From Abditibacterium sp. (lineage in GTDB: Bacteria; Armatimonadota; Abditibacteriia; Abditibacteriales; Abditibacteriaceae): a DNA stretch of 64,000 nucleotides. Made by a program: the position numbers and the translations under genes. The DNA is taken from the NCBI GenBank assembly GCA_965199495.1, contig CBDASK010000003.1:256001-320000 (forward strand), given 5' to 3'. Every line of letters starts with the position of its first letter. The stretch's first letter is position 1. Below the pieces are notes generated by a model, which did no database searches, had not been told where the DNA came from, and saw only the letters and a program-made list of their open reading frames with translations. Shown here piece after piece: positions 50,994 through 61,169 of this stretch.

Positions 50994-51650
50994 TTAATTG
51001 CTCAAGGGCGCGTCTTCATACTCTTGCGATTCGGAATCTTCGTCGTCTTCCAAATCATCTTCATCGCTTTGAGTTTCGGATGTCGCGGCCTCATCGTCGT
51101 CCTGCATCTCGAATTCGCCGGGGAAGCCACGGCCAATCGGTCGCTGCAACTGGCCGGGGTTAAGCACGACTTCCGGCCCCATCTGAATAAATTCGGTGGC
51201 CGATAACCGCAACTCTTCGGCGGTCGAATAGGGAAACGAGTAGACCTCGACGCGCACGCCGCGCGCCTTGAGAAAATTGACCAATTCGACGAAATCGCCG
51301 TCGCCCGAAACAATCGCGATAACGTCCAGGCGGTCGCTCATCGCCATCGCGTCCAAGGCCATGCCCATGTCCCAATCGCCTTTGGCGGTCCCGTCGGGAC
51401 GTTGCTTGAGGTCTTTGATGCGCACTTCGTAGCCGTTGGAGCGCAGCATCGTGAGGAAATTGCTTTGGTCAATTTCGGGCGTGCGCACGATATAAGCGAT
51501 GGCGCGGCACAAAGGGCGACCTTTGGCGATATAATCCAGCAGTTTGGTAAAGTTCAGTTTGGAGCCATACAAATGTTTGGCTGCATAGAACATGTTCTGG
51601 ACGTCGATAAAAATACCGACGCGCTGTTCAAAGGGAATCTGTCTTGGCAC
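50994..51650 (-). CDS. NYN domain protein (LabA/DUF88)
   Basis: FIDVQN, KGDWD...ALD and SGDGDF motifs. GTG 51650 follows an AGGAG RBS. Confidence 0.9.
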   Translation of the reverse strand: MPRQIPFEQRVGIFIDVQNMFYAAKHLYGSKLNFTKLLDYIAKGRPLCRAIAYIVRTPEIDQSNFLTMLRSNGYEVRIKDLKQRPDGTAKGDWDMGMALDAMAMSDRLDVIAIVSGDGDFVELVNFLKARGVRVEVYSFPYSTAEELRLSATEFIQMGPEVVLNPGQLQRPIGRGFPGEFEMQDDDEAATSETQSDEDDLEDDEDSESQEYEDAPLSN

Positions 51651-52006
51651 TATTTTTTCTCCTGAAATTCTGATACAACTCACCCAATCAAATGCAAATG
51701 CGTTTCGTTTTCTATCCGCGATTGCGAGGTATGACTATGGATTCGTGATGCTTGGATAGAGACGCAAACATTCTCTGTTTCCACAAAGAATCCGCGACTT
51801 GAGACGCGCTATTTTGCTCTGGCAATAAACGGGCGCGCCGTGGCTGCTTCGCGCGTTAATTTCCGTTCAACTCACATTTTGACAGAATTAGCCAACGCGC
51901 GTCGAGTTGAATTGTGAATTTTATTTGCAGAATCAATTCGGAGGCGTTGTTTTAAGCGCGAGGAAAAGAATAAGTTTGTTCTCAAATATCATTAGAAAAA
52001 CTAAAA

Positions 52007-52816
52007 ATGAATTTCAATCTCTACTGGAAAGTCGCTCTGCTCGGCTGGCAAGATTCGCTGGTTTACCGCCTCAACGCTCTCGTCTGGGTGCTTTACGCCG
52101 TCGTGCCTTCGCTCACGCTGATGCTTGTCTGGCTCGCCGCTTACTCGGACAGCCACGGCGCCTCGATTGGCGGTTACAACCTGAGCGAAATGCTGACGTA
52201 TTATTTGTTCGTCACCGCATTGAGCGTCGCGATTACGCCGCATCCCGAATGGGACATCGCCGCCACAATTCGCGACGGCAAACTGACGCCGTTTCTGCTG
52301 CGTCCCGTCGGTTATTTCGGCTACCGTTTCTCGTGGGAAAGCGCCTATCAAATCGTCAAATCGTTCATGATGCTGCCCGCCATCGCGCTGTTGTGGTGGC
52401 TATTTCGCGATTATATCGCTCTGCCCCATTTAACTTTTGCGCGCGGAATTTTATTCGTTTTATCGGCACTGGGCGCTTACGTCGTGTTGAGCCAACTCAA
52501 ATTTCTGCTGGGAATTTCGGCGTTCTGGATTCTCGAACCCGGCGGCTTAATGGAAATCTGGAACGTTCTCAACGGCCTGTTCGCCGGTCGCTTATTGCCG
52601 CTCACGCTTTTGCCGATGTGGGCGCAAACATTGGCGAATATTCTGCCGTTTTCGATTCTCTACGCGTTCCCGATGTCAATTTTGCTGGGTCGCGCGACAC
52701 CCGAAGAATTAATCTGGGGTTTCGCGCGCCAAATCGTATGGATTGGATTGTTATCGTTGGCCGTGCGCTGGACGTGGAATCGCGGTTTATTGGCTTACGA
52801 GTCAGTCGGCGGGTAG
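52007..52816 (+). CDS. ABC-2 family permease (DUF990-like)
   Basis: IRDGKL..FLLRP, LLPL.LLP.W and YESVGG; about 6 TM segments. Confidence 0.85.
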   Translation: MNFNLYWKVALLGWQDSLVYRLNALVWVLYAVVPSLTLMLVWLAAYSDSHGASIGGYNLSEMLTYYLFVTALSVAITPHPEWDIAATIRDGKLTPFLLRPVGYFGYRFSWESAYQIVKSFMMLPAIALLWWLFRDYIALPHLTFARGILFVLSALGAYVVLSQLKFLLGISAFWILEPGGLMEIWNVLNGLFAGRLLPLTLLPMWAQTLANILPFSILYAFPMSILLGRATPEELIWGFARQIVWIGLLSLAVRWTWNRGLLAYESVGG

Positions 52817-52851
52817 TTTCGGATTTTTGAAATACCTCAAACTAAACAGAC

Positions 52852-53607
52852 ATGAAAATTCTGGTTTTGTCCGATGTTCACGGCAATCGTTTCGGCTTGG
52901 AAGCCGTTTTAGAATATGGCGCGCAGTGCGATAAAATTTTGTGTCTGGGCGACATCGTCGGCTACGGCGCGCATCCCAACGAATGTTGCGAGATGCTGCG
53001 CGAGCGCGCGGCGATTTGTCTGTCGGGCAACCACGACGCGGCGGTTTTGGGCGAGATTTCGACGGAGTGGTTCAACGACATCGCAGCCACCGCCGCCTTG
53101 TGGACGCGCCGCCAGATGACGCCCGACAACTTGGCGTGGCTGGGAACATTACCGGCGGGTTTGGAATTTCCCGACTGGAATTTTCAGGCAGTTCATGCCA
53201 GTTTGAGATCGCCGTGGGAAGAATATATTTTGAGCGATGACATCGCGCTGGGTTCGTTCAAGGAAATGGTGCGTCCACTGTTGTTCTTTGGCCACACGCA
53301 TCAGGCGATGTGCGCGACGATCACCGCCGACCGCGCGCGCTGGCACAGTTATCTCGATGTCGAGTGGCACGATTTGCCCGCAGGCGCCGTCATCGAGTTA
53401 GACGAACAAGAGATGGCAATGATCAATCCCGGTTCGTGCGGCCAACCGCGCGACCGCGTGCCGCTCGCCAAAGCCGCGATTTTCGATGTGGACGCTCAAA
53501 TGGTGGATATTTTCACGACGCCCTACGACGTGGAAGCGGCGCGCGAAGCGATCATCGAAGCGGGTTTGCCCACGTCTTTGGGCGACCGTTTGTTGAAGGG
53601 ACGCTAA
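52852..53607 (+). CDS. Metallophosphoesterase family protein
   Basis: SDVHGN, GDIVGYG, GNHD, GHTH and NPGSCGQPRD motifs. Confidence 0.9.
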   Translation: MKILVLSDVHGNRFGLEAVLEYGAQCDKILCLGDIVGYGAHPNECCEMLRERAAICLSGNHDAAVLGEISTEWFNDIAATAALWTRRQMTPDNLAWLGTLPAGLEFPDWNFQAVHASLRSPWEEYILSDDIALGSFKEMVRPLLFFGHTHQAMCATITADRARWHSYLDVEWHDLPAGAVIELDEQEMAMINPGSCGQPRDRVPLAKAAIFDVDAQMVDIFTTPYDVEAAREAIIEAGLPTSLGDRLLKGR

Positions 53608-53616
53608 AGCTAAAAT

Positions 53617-53654
53617 AAAAAAGCCAATCGCGAATGTCGCGATTGACTTTTTTT
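53617..53654. terminator. Bidirectional terminator
   Basis: AAAAAAG.CAATCGCGA-ATG-TCGCGATTG.CTTTTTTT. Confidence 0.8.
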
Positions 53655-53663
53655 GTTTTATCG

Positions 53664-53738
53664 GGCGAGAGATGGGGCTCGAACCCACGACCTCCTGAAC
53701 CACAATCAGGCGCTCTAACCAGCTGAGCTACACCCGCC
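53664..53738 (-). tRNA. tRNA-His (GTG)
   Basis: Cloverleaf GGCGGGTGTAGCTCAGCTGGTTAGAGCGCCTGATTGTGGTTCAGGAGGTCGTGGGTTCGAGCCCCATCTCTCGCC with G-1:C73 and anticodon GTG. Confidence 0.95.
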
Positions 53739-53825
53739 GTTTTGCTCAAGAGATATTACCGCAAATCGAAGCCAATTTCAAGGGCTATTGCCAAGAAAAT
53801 TTCGAGCGGCACGTTTATCACCGCT

Positions 53826-54635
53826 TCAAAACATCGCCACGCGTCTGCCGCGTCCGATAACGCGCGCGTCGCGCCATTGCGTCGTCATCCAAATTTTGGC
53901 ACGGCGCGTCGCTTCGAGCGGCTCGACATTTTGAGCCAACTGCGCGGCTAAAGCCGAGGCCAACAGACAGCCCGTTCCACGCACACCTTCGCCGGGAATA
54001 CGTGGCGCACTTAACAGTTCGATTTGGTTTTCGGCGCAGTAAACATCAATTGATTCGTCGGGCGAATTTTCCAAATGTCCGCCTTTGAGCAACACGATTT
54101 GGGCGCCGCAGTTCGCGCGCAAATCGCGCGCGACGCTTTGCATCGCGGCTTCATCGTTAATGACGCGACCAGACAAAATTTGCGCTTCGGGCACGTTAGG
54201 TATCAGCATCGTGGCGAGCGGAAATATCTGCGCGCGCATCGCGGCGAGGGTCGCATCGTCGCTCCAAACCGGGCCGCGCGTGGGCGCCAAAACCGGGTCA
54301 ACGACAATTGGAACATCGTGGCGCGCGGTAAATTCGGCGACGACCTCGATAGCAGCCACGTCGGGTAACAGTCCGATTTTTATGGCGTCAAACGCGATGT
54401 CGGCGGCCAAAGTTTCGAGTTGCAACTTCAACAAATTGGGCGCCGTGGCTGCAACGGCGCACACGCCGACGGTATTTTGCGGCACCAGGGCGGTTTGCAC
54501 ACCCAATGCGTAGGCGCCAAAGGCGGCGACGGCGCGCGCGTCGGCCAAAAGTCCGGCGCCGCCGCACGGATCGAATCCGGCGATAGACAAAACAATCGCG
54601 GTTTTTGGTGGGAGATTTCCATGAGCGAGGGACAT
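53826..54635 (-). CDS. thiD: Hydroxymethylpyrimidine/phosphomethylpyrimidine kinase
   Basis: SIAGFDPCGGAGLLAD, QNT, KIG, VDPVL, KGGH and RGTGC motifs. Confidence 0.88.
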   Translation of the reverse strand: MSLAHGNLPPKTAIVLSIAGFDPCGGAGLLADARAVAAFGAYALGVQTALVPQNTVGVCAVAATAPNLLKLQLETLAADIAFDAIKIGLLPDVAAIEVVAEFTARHDVPIVVDPVLAPTRGPVWSDDATLAAMRAQIFPLATMLIPNVPEAQILSGRVINDEAAMQSVARDLRANCGAQIVLLKGGHLENSPDESIDVYCAENQIELLSAPRIPGEGVRGTGCLLASALAAQLAQNVEPLEATRRAKIWMTTQWRDARVIGRGRRVAMF

Positions 54636-54684
54636 AAACGAAATTTGGGAAACCGTTTTGCAATTCCCGGCAGCTCCTTTTATT

Positions 54685-55572
54685 ATGTCACAATCGTTTT
54701 CTTTGTTCGAACCTTTGACCGATCTCGAACCCAAACGGCGGCGCGTTTTGGTGACGGGCGCGGCGGGCCGCATCGGTTCGTTTTTCGCCTCCAAAACATA
54801 TGAGAAATATGATTTGCGTTTGATGGTGCGCGAAGACGACGAAGACGTGGACGCCATACAAGAATTCGGCGAAGTCGTGGTTTGCGATTTGTCCGAATTG
54901 CGCCGTCTCGAAACGCTGTGCGAGGGCATGGATACCGTCGTGCATCTGGCGGGCAATCCGTCACCCGAACAAACCTGGGATAGCGTGATCGCCAACAACA
55001 TTACCGGGACTTATAACGCGTTCGTCGCGGCCAAAGCGGCGGGCTGTCGGCGCGTGGTTTACGCGTCTTCGATTCACGCGGTTTCGGGTTATCCGCAGGG
55101 CGTGCAGGTCAAAACCAGCGAGCCGGTCAATCCCGGCGATTTGTATGGCGTCTCCAAATGTTTCGGCGAAGCGCTGGGCCGTTACATGGCGCAGCAGGAA
55201 AATTTGTCAGTTATTGCGCTACGTATCGGCGGCTTTCAACCCGAAACGACCGCGCGTAAACCTGAACTGAGCCTGATGGACGGCTGGGTTTCGCGCGAAG
55301 ATTTGATTCAACTCATCGAACGTTGCATTGACGTGCGCCAATTGAAGTGGGCGGTTTTTCACGCGCTCTCGAACAACACGTTCAATTGTCTCGATATTTC
55401 CGATGCGCGCGAATTGGTCGGTTACAATCCGCAGGACAATTTTACTCGCGAGAATCCGTTGCTCAAAGATTTGCATATTGACGAAGAATTGATGACTCAT
55501 GCTTTAACAGATGAAAGCAAATCGGGATTGCGCGATGAAGTCGCGGCGGCCAAAGGAGAAAACGCAGCTTAA
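54685..55572 (+). CDS. NAD-dependent epimerase/dehydrogenase (uronate dehydrogenase-like)
   Basis: TGAAGRIG, YASSIHAVSGY, YGVSKCFGE and LRIG motifs. Confidence 0.8.
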   Translation: MSQSFSLFEPLTDLEPKRRRVLVTGAAGRIGSFFASKTYEKYDLRLMVREDDEDVDAIQEFGEVVVCDLSELRRLETLCEGMDTVVHLAGNPSPEQTWDSVIANNITGTYNAFVAAKAAGCRRVVYASSIHAVSGYPQGVQVKTSEPVNPGDLYGVSKCFGEALGRYMAQQENLSVIALRIGGFQPETTARKPELSLMDGWVSREDLIQLIERCIDVRQLKWAVFHALSNNTFNCLDISDARELVGYNPQDNFTRENPLLKDLHIDEELMTHALTDESKSGLRDEVAAAKGENAA

Positions 55573-55665
55573 CGGAAACGGAGTTTGGCATTATATCTGC
55601 TTTTTTCTGGGCCACCCCAATTCAAAGGCGAGACCAATCATCGTCTATTTCAAGGAGATAAAATC

Positions 55666-56670
55666 ATGTCAACAGATAACATTAACGATCCGATCATCGA
55701 AAGCACACAGGCGCGTATCGAACAAATCAACCACCCCAACGATCCCGTGGTCGTCACTAACCGCGACGTGGTTGTGGGAACCGATCATGCGCGTCACGGT
55801 TTGGACGACGACCCCAACAACGACGCCGAGAAGGGCGCGGCGTTGGGCGGCCTGGGCGGCGCCGCAGTCGGTGCGGCGGCGGGTTCGATTGCCGGGCCAA
55901 TCGGCACGCTGGTTGGCGCCATCGCTGGCGGATTGGTCGGCGCGGGCGCGTCGGGCGCCGCCGTGGCTGCTGTTGACTCGATGGATAACGACAATACCGT
56001 CACCGGCATCGGCGATGGAGTCACGCTCGATAGCGATGGACGCCGCGTGGATACGGGCTATGCGCAACGCACGGGCGTCGTGATGGACGCGGACGCTCAC
56101 GGCCATAACATCGTGACGGGTGGCGAAGCGCACACCGAAGCGGGCGACACCGGCTTGGCGGGCGGCGCGGTTATCGGCGGCGTCGTTGGCGCGGTTGTTG
56201 GTGGGCCAGTTGGCGCAGTTGTTGGCGGCACTCTGGGTTCGCTGGCGGGCGGCGTGGCGGGCGATGCCACCGAAGCGGCGGACGAAGAGGGTTTGACCCG
56301 TCCCTCGGTTTACAACAGCCCAACCGAAACCAACATGGCGATCAATCCCGCCGCTTACACCGAAGGTTCGACAGCGATGGGCAATGCGGTTGTGCCGCCA
56401 GTCTCCACACCGATGGCCGATTCGGTTGTTGTCGGCGATAATTCGATTGGCGATGGGCACAACATCGTGACGGGCGGCCCAGCCACGACCGAGGCGGGCG
56501 ACGACGGATTGGCGGGCGGCGCCGTTGTTGGTGGCGTTATCGGAGCGGCGGTCGGCGGCCCGGTCGGCGCGGTCGTTGGCGGCACTTTGGGTTCGCTGGC
56601 GGGCGGCGTGGCTGGCGATGCGGCGGAAGCCGCCGCCGACGATGAGGTGACGCGCACCGATGTCCGTTAA
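55666..56670 (+). CDS. Acidic glycine-zipper repeat protein
   Basis: AAGGAG RBS; three GxxxG zipper segments, two of them within a duplicated unit of about 60 aa. Confidence 0.8.
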   Translation: MSTDNINDPIIESTQARIEQINHPNDPVVVTNRDVVVGTDHARHGLDDDPNNDAEKGAALGGLGGAAVGAAAGSIAGPIGTLVGAIAGGLVGAGASGAAVAAVDSMDNDNTVTGIGDGVTLDSDGRRVDTGYAQRTGVVMDADAHGHNIVTGGEAHTEAGDTGLAGGAVIGGVVGAVVGGPVGAVVGGTLGSLAGGVAGDATEAADEEGLTRPSVYNSPTETNMAINPAAYTEGSTAMGNAVVPPVSTPMADSVVVGDNSIGDGHNIVTGGPATTEAGDDGLAGGAVVGGVIGAAVGGPVGAVVGGTLGSLAGGVAGDAAEAAADDEVTRTDVR

Positions 56671-57061
56671 AGAAGAAGACATCGCCCGCGCTAACAATTA
56701 CGCGGGCGAGGCTTTTCAAGCCGATGCCGCGATGAACGAGGCGGTTCGTCCGATGGATCAAACTCCATCGGACGACGAAGTTAAACCCTCGGAGCAGACC
56801 GATTATCGCAGCGTAGACAATGGCCTGACCAGCATCGGTTCAACGAGCGAAAATGCCGACACCGCCATTTTGGGCCAGACCGATACGCCCGGAGTGCGCA
56901 CAGGCAGCGATGGAAATGCGCCCGGTGTCGAAGTCGTCGGACGCACGCAACAAGGGCCAGATGCCGAAGAGATCGTCGCCAGCGAATCCGATCCGATTAG
57001 CGGCGATAACGTAGACGACAAAACGGGCGGTGGCTTCGTCAACGACCCAGAAAATCGTTGA
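56660..57061 (+). CDS. Acidic, probably disordered hypothetical protein
   Basis: Overlaps the upstream gene; GAGGTG RBS-like sequence; rich in D, E, G and T. Confidence 0.65.
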   Translation: MSVKEEDIARANNYAGEAFQADAAMNEAVRPMDQTPSDDEVKPSEQTDYRSVDNGLTSIGSTSENADTAILGQTDTPGVRTGSDGNAPGVEVVGRTQQGPDAEEIVASESDPISGDNVDDKTGGGFVNDPENR

Positions 57062-57085
57062 TTTTCACCACAAGGAGAAAATAAC

Positions 57086-57262
57086 ATGGAAAATCCAAAA
57101 ACCGAAGAAACTACGCACAGCGATTCTACCGAACCGATTATCTCATGGTCGGGTGTGCAGGGAGAAACTCAAAGCGAAGACGTTGAAATTCCCAATGCGC
57201 AAGAACTCGATGTCGAAGAAAACAGAAGTGAAGATGGAGTTTCGGACACGAAAACAAATTAG
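57086..57262 (+). CDS. Small acidic protein (58 aa), missed by the ORF track
   Basis: AAGGAG RBS, then MENPKTEETTHSDSTEPIISWSGVQGETQSEDVEIPNAQELDVEENRSEDGVSDTKTN*, followed by a terminator. Confidence 0.7.
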   Translation: MENPKTEETTHSDSTEPIISWSGVQGETQSEDVEIPNAQELDVEENRSEDGVSDTKTN

Positions 57263-57271
57263 CCAATTGAG

Positions 57272-57307
57272 AAAAGCCGCGAATGGACTGTCCATTCGCG
57301 GCTTTTT
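57272..57307 (+). terminator. Rho-independent terminator
   Basis: AAAAGCCGCGAATGGAC-T-GTCCATTCGCGGCTTTTT. Confidence 0.85.
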
Positions 57308-57340
57308 GCGTTCTGCTTTTAATCAGATTTCTTCAAACCC

Positions 57341-57382
57341 AATAAAACCTCCGCCTTCATCAGAGAAAGCGGAGGTTTTATT
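57341..57382 (-). terminator. Rho-independent terminator
   Basis: AATAAAACCTCCGC...GCGGAGGTTTTATT. Confidence 0.75.
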
Positions 57383-57392
57383 TGATCGAACT

Positions 57393-58211
57393 CTATCGGC
57401 GTCCGCCCCACCAGCCGTTGGGACTGGCCGAGGGATTGAAAAGCTGTCCGCCGTCCGACTTACTCTTGGTTTCAAGATAGGCCGATACGCCCGACCAGAC
57501 GCCCTCACTGGCTAACGCCTGATAATCGCCGACATCGAGTTTGCCGCCCTTATGGAGAGCCTGATACTTTTGAAACGTCTTTGCAGAAGCGGGGTCGTTA
57601 AACACCAAGACCTGCATTGTCGTCCAACGGCCACCGGGAGCAATCGCCTGTCTGGCAGATCTCGCGAGTTGCCCCGCTTGAACATCTGAGAGACCGGGCG
57701 TATTCGACATGATCGCCACCGTTCCGTTAGACCAGCGCGGATTGGGCGGCACCACGATTTTGAATGTCGCTACTCGCGGCGTGCCTCCATCCGTCGGGTT
57801 TCCACTGGGACCAATCGTCGGCGGGCTTATGACTGGCGCTTGTTGAAGCGGTTGCACCTGTTGCACAGTTGTTACTGTTTCGTTTGGGCCATCTGGCAAT
57901 GTGGGCAAATCGGTGGAAGTGTTTCCGCCTCCGCCACCACCGAACATTCCAGTAGTGAACCCTCCGATGATGAGCGCGGCCACCAGCAGACCAGCAACTA
58001 AAAATATCTTTGGATCGATCGCTTTTTTCTCGTCGTCCGCGTGGGCGGCAGTGGCAGCGGGTGTCACTGCGGCTGCGCCTCCACGGGGTGCGACTAAACC
58101 TCCTCCTGCAACGGCGGCGGCGCCACCAGCTAATGGCGTATAGCACGCCCAACACATCACGGCCTCAGCCGGATTTTCTTCCCCACATTTGGGGCATTTT
58201 TTATTGGCCAC
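57393..58211 (-). CDS. Zinc-ribbon, single-TM, proline-rich hypothetical protein
   Basis: CPKCG...CWAC, one TM segment and a Pro/Gln-rich linker. Confidence 0.7.
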   Translation of the reverse strand: MANKKCPKCGEENPAEAVMCWACYTPLAGGAAAVAGGGLVAPRGGAAAVTPAATAAHADDEKKAIDPKIFLVAGLLVAALIIGGFTTGMFGGGGGGNTSTDLPTLPDGPNETVTTVQQVQPLQQAPVISPPTIGPSGNPTDGGTPRVATFKIVVPPNPRWSNGTVAIMSNTPGLSDVQAGQLARSARQAIAPGGRWTTMQVLVFNDPASAKTFQKYQALHKGGKLDVGDYQALASEGVWSGVSAYLETKSKSDGGQLFNPSASPNGWWGGRR

Positions 58212-58522
58212 GGAACTCCTTGGTATGATGAAAATTAAAAAACCGCTTTTATTTTACCCATCTTGACAACTATTTAAACAGGCAACCGAAAAACGATACC
58301 CTCAATATAACTAAAATCCCCAAACAAAACCGGGTTTTCAGGCGATTTTCGTTGGTATTGATGAATGAATTTCGGTTTTTCTGTGATTAGTCCCTTTTTT
58401 GAAAACTCTGACAACACAATGATGCGCAGAATCGAATTTTTCGCTTTCGAGGCTCACTGATCTAAAAACAATCGGATGTCCCGCAAAATAATTATTCAGA
58501 GGGTAAACGGTATGCCTTCAGT

Positions 58523-59971
58523 TTAACGCGAAAGCACATCATTTTCACCTACACGATGCAATTTCATCAGATTGGTTGAACCTGACAGCGTCACGGGCGC
58601 GCCCAAGATAACCACGACCTTGTCGCCCGGCGCCACCAAACCCGACGCCAACAACTCTTTGTCGGCCAAGCCAATCATTTCGTCGGTCGAAAAACTCGGC
58701 GCGATGGGCATGGCCCGCACGCCCCACGCCATATTCAACTGGCGCACGACCCACGGATAAGGTGTCATCGCCAAAACCGGGACGGGCGGACGAAATTTGG
58801 CCAGTTTGCGCGCCGTACTGCCGCGCTCGGTGAAGCAGACGATGGCCTTGGCATTGAGATTTCCCGCCGCGCTGGCCGCCGCCTGACAGATCGCCGACGC
58901 AAAATCGTCTTCGCCATAAGAAAACAGATACGGCCCGGCCTTGCCGTCTTCGATAGCGCCTTCGGTTTTGGAAACGATGCGCGCCATCGTTTTCACGGCG
59001 TCAATGGGATGACTGCCCGCCGCCGTTTCGCCCGAAAGCATCACCGCATCCGTTCCGTCAATGATGGCATTAGCCACGTCGGATGCCTCGGCGCGCGTCG
59101 GGCGCGGATTCACCGTCATGCTTTCCAGCATTTGAGTGGCTGTGATAACCATTTTGCCCAGCGCGTTGGCGCGGCTGATGATGCGTTTTTGCAGCATCGG
59201 CACATCTTCGGGTGCCATCTCGACGCCCAAATCGCCGCGCGCCACCATCACGCCGTCCGACGCTTCGATAATCTCGTCGAGATTATCCATCGCTTCGGGT
59301 TTTTCCAATTTGGAAATCAACTTGATATTGCTCATCGAGCCGTTGATAATATCGCGGAGTTGCATCACGTCTTCGACGCGGCGCACAAACGAAAGCGCGA
59401 CGTAATCCAATTTTTGCGCGATGGCCCATTCGACATCGTGCAAATCTTTGTCGCTGAGGGCGGGCGCCGAAACGTTGACGCCGGGCAAATTGATGCCCTT
59501 GCTATTTTTCAAAATGCCGCCGTCCACGACAACGCATTTGACATCGGTATCGGTCGTGGCTTCGACGCGCAGCGACAGATTGCCATCGTCTAATAAAATC
59601 GAATCGTTGACGCGGCAATCGCGCGGCAGAGCGTGATAGGTCGTCGAAACCTCGCTTTCGTCGCCCTCGACGTTGCGCGTGGTGAGCGTGAAAGAGCGGC
59701 CCGCGACCAATTCGATGGGGCCACAGGCCAAGTTGCCGGTGCGAATTTTTGGGCCTTGCAGGTCTTGCAGCAGAGCCACCGGGCGTCCTTCTTCGCGCGA
59801 GATTTCGCGCAGTTGCTCGACATGCGGCGCATGAGCCAACGGGCCGCCATGCGAAAAATTGAAGCGCGCCACGTCCATGCCCGAAAGCACGAGCGCGCGC
59901 ATGACTTGATGCCCTTGCGAAGCCGGGCCGAGCGTAGCGATGATTTTGGCGCGACGAGAATGTAAATCCAT
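58523..59971 (-). CDS. pyk: Pyruvate kinase
   Basis: KIIATLGPAS, RFNFSHG, DLQGPKIR, VARGDLG and DAVMLSGETA motifs. Confidence 0.97.
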   Translation of the reverse strand: MDLHSRRAKIIATLGPASQGHQVMRALVLSGMDVARFNFSHGGPLAHAPHVEQLREISREEGRPVALLQDLQGPKIRTGNLACGPIELVAGRSFTLTTRNVEGDESEVSTTYHALPRDCRVNDSILLDDGNLSLRVEATTDTDVKCVVVDGGILKNSKGINLPGVNVSAPALSDKDLHDVEWAIAQKLDYVALSFVRRVEDVMQLRDIINGSMSNIKLISKLEKPEAMDNLDEIIEASDGVMVARGDLGVEMAPEDVPMLQKRIISRANALGKMVITATQMLESMTVNPRPTRAEASDVANAIIDGTDAVMLSGETAAGSHPIDAVKTMARIVSKTEGAIEDGKAGPYLFSYGEDDFASAICQAAASAAGNLNAKAIVCFTERGSTARKLAKFRPPVPVLAMTPYPWVVRQLNMAWGVRAMPIAPSFSTDEMIGLADKELLASGLVAPGDKVVVILGAPVTLSGSTNLMKLHRVGENDVLSR

Positions 59972-60074
59972 AAATAACTCCGAAAGCGAAAACGCACTTC
60001 GCCCCCGCAAATTGTAACGCGATTGGGCCTTTGGTTTCAAGCGCAAATTAAGAAGCAGAACTGACATACACATA

Positions 60075-60112
60075 CGAAAGGGCAGCGACTTGGTCAAGTC
60101 GCTGCCCTTTCG
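60075..60112. terminator. Stable hairpin, probable terminator
   Basis: CGAAAGGGCAGCGACTTG-GT-CAAGTCGCTGCCCTTTCG. Confidence 0.75.
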
Positions 60113-60129
60113 TTATTTTTCGAGAATGC

Positions 60130-61062
60130 TTAGCCGTCGCCGCCCAGATCGCCCTGACCAATCGAATCGAACGAATTCGACGGTTGATTGAGACCTTTTT
60201 GCATCGGAGAATATTCGACGGTGTAAGCGCCCGCGTTGAAGTAGCGTTGGTTGGCTTTGTCGCTGGTGTAACTCTTCAAAAGTTCCTTAACGCCGTCGCC
60301 CTTGCGCTTGCGTTTGGTGGGCTGAAAATAATCGTCAATGGTCTCCAGCCACGGCGAGACCACAACTTCGCCCGTGTTGCTCAGGCGCGACGGCGGATTG
60401 ACGCGCAATGGATCGTTGATATAGGACGTGATGGCGGCGTTGAGTTCGCTGTCAAGGTTAAATCCCAGAATCGAGCCGCTCACGGCACGCGGCCCAGATT
60501 TGGTGCCGTCCATCAACACGAACAAAGCGCGTGGGTCAATGGCGATGATTTTCTTGCGCAGTTCGTCCAGACTCATCTGTTCGCCAGCGACTTTATGCTT
60601 TTGCGTAGTTAGACCGGCGATGTCGCCGACATTGCTCACCGGATACGCCTGCGCGACGGCTTGCAGAAACAGACCGTTATAGGCGTTGATATAAAATGAC
60701 AACGGCTGGCGCTGATCGAGATAAGGTGCGCCTGTTTCATCTTTGTCTTTGAAGACCGGAAAATTGTTCATATCCGCCTCGCCGACCGCGCGCACGAAAA
60801 CGGCGAGGTCGTCGTTGTTGCGGGCGAAACCGTAATTCACTTCGCCCGCTTTATTAACGACTTTGGACATCACGCGATTGAGAATTTCGTAGGGAAACGC
60901 CACGCCCTGCCCCAACGCTTTGATCTGTTCGATGGTCATATCGGCGGCGGCGGGCCGCGTAGGCGCGACAGTCACGATGCCGGTGGCTTGTGCGTGCGCT
61001 GCTAAGGAGAGCGGTGCCAGCAGACCGATGGCGAGTAAGGCGGGAAGAATTCGGGTTTTCAT
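60130..61062 (-). CDS. Secreted DUF547-like protein
   Basis: Signal peptide; SFYINAYN, SLDEL and DPRALFVL motifs. Confidence 0.72.
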   Translation of the reverse strand: MKTRILPALLAIGLLAPLSLAAHAQATGIVTVAPTRPAAADMTIEQIKALGQGVAFPYEILNRVMSKVVNKAGEVNYGFARNNDDLAVFVRAVGEADMNNFPVFKDKDETGAPYLDQRQPLSFYINAYNGLFLQAVAQAYPVSNVGDIAGLTTQKHKVAGEQMSLDELRKKIIAIDPRALFVLMDGTKSGPRAVSGSILGFNLDSELNAAITSYINDPLRVNPPSRLSNTGEVVVSPWLETIDDYFQPTKRKRKGDGVKELLKSYTSDKANQRYFNAGAYTVEYSPMQKGLNQPSNSFDSIGQGDLGGDG

Positions 61063-61169
61063 GGGAATTATGCGTTGTATTTTCTTTTGTTGGAGTTTGA
61101 GTTGGGCCAGACGTTGCATCCGCGCTCAGAGTTCGCGAGTTTTTGACTAAGTCTCTTTAACATAACAAT

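Noticed and set aside
53640..53760. tRNA-His as an island integration site
   Set aside because: No duplicated tRNA 3' end or integrase is seen, and the flanks are ordinary genes plus a terminator.
53826..55001. 391-aa extended ThiD
   Set aside because: The extension overlaps the divergent epimerase-family gene; ThiD motifs begin after ATG 54635.
55669..56697. 342-aa minus-strand ORF with repeats
   Set aside because: Antisense of the glycine-zipper gene, which has the RBS.
57030..57515. 161-aa plus-strand ORF in the track
   Set aside because: Runs through two terminators and has no RBS. The 58-aa ORF at 57086 with AAGGAG is better supported.
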